A stretch of 64,000 nucleotides of DNA from Burkholderiales bacterium (lineage in GTDB: Bacteria; Pseudomonadota; Gammaproteobacteria; Burkholderiales; SG8-39), in NCBI GenBank assembly GCA_035624675.1, contig DASPRB010000105.1:24248-88247 (forward strand), given 5' to 3'. Position numbers and translations under genes: made by a program. Shown here in pieces: positions 62,264-64,000 of the stretch. Each line of letters begins with the position of its first letter. The first letter of the stretch is position 1. The notes beneath the pieces are model-generated. The model saw nothing but the letters and a program-made list of their open reading frames with translations. It was not told where the DNA came from and made no database searches.

Positions 62264-62533
62264 ATGATCGAGGTGCGCGAGTCGGCGCTGACCTATCCTT
62301 GCGACTTCCCGATCAAGGTGATGGGCCGCCGCGAGGCGGGCTTCGCGCAAAGCGTGATGGAGATCGTGCTCAGGCACGCGCCGGACTTCCAGCCGGGGAC
62401 GATGGAGATGCGACCGAGCCGGCAAGGGCGTTACCTGAGCCTCACGGTGACCGTGCAGGCGCGCTCGCGCGAGCAGCTCGACGCGCTATATCGGGAATTG
62501 TGCGATCACCCCTCGGTCGTGATGGTTCTTTGA
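62264..62533 (+). CDS. ybeD: YbeD/DUF493 family protein
   Basis: 89 aa from the internal ATG at 62264, with YPCDFPIKVMG. It lies immediately upstream of lipB, as in E. coli. Confidence 0.85.
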   Translation: MIEVRESALTYPCDFPIKVMGRREAGFAQSVMEIVLRHAPDFQPGTMEMRPSRQGRYLSLTVTVQARSREQLDALYRELCDHPSVVMVL

Positions 62534-63174
62534 TGTCCGTGGTGCTCGCACCGGCCGTGCAGCGCCTGCGCGTCGAACGGCGCGGGCTCGCCGCCTACCT
62601 TTCGACGGTCGAAGCGATGCGCGAGTTCACCGCTCGGCGCGACGTCGACACGCCCGACGAGCTGTGGCTGCTCGAGCATCCGCCGGTGTATACGCTCGGT
62701 CTGGGCGCCGATCCGGCGCACGGGCCGCGCGGCGACACCGGGATTCCGGTGGAACGCGTCGAGCGCGGGGGGCAGGTGACCTATCACGGACCCGGACAGG
62801 TCGTTGTCTACACGCTGGTCGATCTCGGACGCCGCCGCCTCGGGGTGCGCGAGTTCGTCGGCATGCTCGAACAATCCGTAATAGACCTGCTCGCCGAACA
62901 CGGCGTGCGCGCCGCGCGCATACCCGGCGCACCCGGCGTGTACGTCGATGGCGCGAAAGTCGCGGCGCTCGGACTGCGGGTTTCGCGCGGCTGCACCTAT
63001 CACGGCCTGGCACTGAACGTCGACCTCGATCTCGCACCGTTCGCGGCGATCGACCCCTGCGGCTTCCCCGGCCTGCGCGTGACGCGCCTGCGCGACCTCG
63101 GCATCGCGCAATCGTGTGCCGAAGCGGGCGGGCGCCTGGCGGAATCTCTCGTTGCGAGGCTCGCGCATGCGTGA
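62533..63174 (+). CDS. lipB: lipoyl(octanoyl) transferase
   Basis: 213 aa. The ATG overlaps the ybeD TGA by 1 nt. Motifs include [12 protein letters not shown] and HGLALNV. Confidence 0.93.
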   Translation: MSVVLAPAVQRLRVERRGLAAYLSTVEAMREFTARRDVDTPDELWLLEHPPVYTLGLGADPAHGPRGDTGIPVERVERGGQVTYHGPGQVVVYTLVDLGRRRLGVREFVGMLEQSVIDLLAEHGVRAARIPGAPGVYVDGAKVAALGLRVSRGCTYHGLALNVDLDLAPFAAIDPCGFPGLRVTRLRDLGIAQSCAEAGGRLAESLVARLAHA

Positions 63175-64000
63175 AGCCGGCGCGAAGGAAAAGGGCGCAG
63201 CCAAGACCGCCCGCATCCCGGTGAAAATCGTCCCGCGCGAGCCGCTCGCCAAGCCCGCGTGGATCCGCGTCAAGGCGGCGAGCCCGGGATCGCGCTTCTA
63301 CGAGATCAAGGACATCCTGCGCGCGCAGCGCCTGCACACCGTGTGCGAGGAGGCCTCGTGTCCCAACATCGCCGAGTGCTTCGGCAAGGGCACGGCGACC
63401 TTCATGATCCTGGGCGACATCTGCACGCGGCGCTGCCCGTTCTGCGACGTGGCGCACGGGCGGCCCCTCGCGCCGGATCCCGATGAGGCGCGCCATCTGG
63501 CCGAGACGATTTCGCGCCTTGGCCTGGAATACGTGGTGATCACCAGCGTCGACCGCGACGACCTGAAGGACGGCGGCGCGCGGCACTTCGCCGATTGCGT
63601 CCGGCACGTGCGCGAGCGCTCGCCGCACACGCGCATCGAGCTGCTGGTGCCGGACTTCCGCGGCCGGGTCGAGCGGGCTCTGGAGATTCTCGACTCGGCT
63701 CCGCCGGATGTCTTGAATCACAACTTGGAGACGGTGCCGCGCCTGTACCGCAAGGCGCGCCCCGGCGGGGACTACCGGCACTCGCTCGCGCTGCTCGCAG
63801 AATTCAAGCGGCGCCACCCTGGCGTGCCGACCAAGTCCGGGCTGATGGTCGGGCTAGGCGAAGCGGACGAGGAAATCCTGCAGGTGATGCGCGACCTGAG
63901 GGCCCGGGACGTGGACCTGCTGACCGTCGGCCAGTACCTGCAGCCGTCGCCGCATCATCTGCCGGTCGAGCGCTACGTGCATCCGGATACTTTTGCGATG
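63167..64000 (+). CDS. lipA: lipoyl synthase (3' end beyond window)
   Basis: The ATG at 63167 overlaps the lipB 3' end. The translation is [10 protein letters not shown]...[13 protein letters not shown]...[10 protein letters not shown]...SGLMVGLGE and stays open to the window edge. It is absent from the ORF track because no stop lies in the window. Confidence 0.93.
   Translation, partial: MREAGAKEKGAAKTARIPVKIVPREPLAKPAWIRVKAASPGSRFYEIKDILRAQRLHTVCEEASCPNIAECFGKGTATFMILGDICTRRCPFCDVAHGRPLAPDPDEARHLAETISRLGLEYVVITSVDRDDLKDGGARHFADCVRHVRERSPHTRIELLVPDFRGRVERALEILDSAPPDVLNHNLETVPRLYRKARPGGDYRHSLALLAEFKRRHPGVPTKSGLMVGLGEADEEILQVMRDLRARDVDLLTVGQYLQPSPHHLPVERYVHPDTFAM

Overview
This is a gene-dense, visibly GC-rich chromosomal window. 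Third codon positions are mostly G/C, which also produces many long spurious antisense ORFs in the six-frame track. Gene content and synteny look like the core genome of a betaproteobacterium-type organism. That is an inference from several neighbourhoods: def-fmt-rsmB-DUF4390-ntrYX-trkAH, porin-glnK-amtB, accBC-prmA-DUF3426, hemL-thiED-rubredoxin-pilGHIJ-chpA, and pyrR-pyrB-pyrC'-rlpA-dacC-dat-ybeD-lipBA. I support about 65 CDS plus a few regulatory sites and terminators. I found no rRNA, tRNA, CRISPR array, transposase, integrase, phage gene or recognisable defence island. I do not see a convincing, entirely new multi-gene system and will not claim one. The best leads for a second look are listed here. 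(1) The metH 5' leader has an intrinsic terminator about 10 nt before the start codon, a perfect 9-nt antiterminator complement and an 18-codon uORF; by eye it matches no riboswitch class I know. (2) A tightly packed rhodanese / 4HBT-thioesterase / PAS-hemerythrin operon lies divergent from metH. (3) An accessory-looking acyl-CoA cluster at 16.7-23.5 kb contains a BadH-like SDR, an enoyl-CoA hydratase, a TetR gene with a candidate operator, and two tandem paralogous aryl-CoA ligases with an FAH-family hydrolase and a GST-zeta isomerase, but no ring-cleavage dioxygenase in the window. (4) A 111-aa CxCC protein resembling a P-loop-less COG0523/CobW fragment is translationally coupled to trkH. 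Other notes cover a strong sigma-54 promoter with an NtrC-type palindrome for porin-glnK-amtB, a degenerate AAA+ domain in the NtrX-like regulator, a metal-ligand-deficient PyrC'-type dihydroorotase homologue, and a hidden 31-codon ribosomal protein THX gene. All family assignments come from motif recognition by eye. No database search was run.
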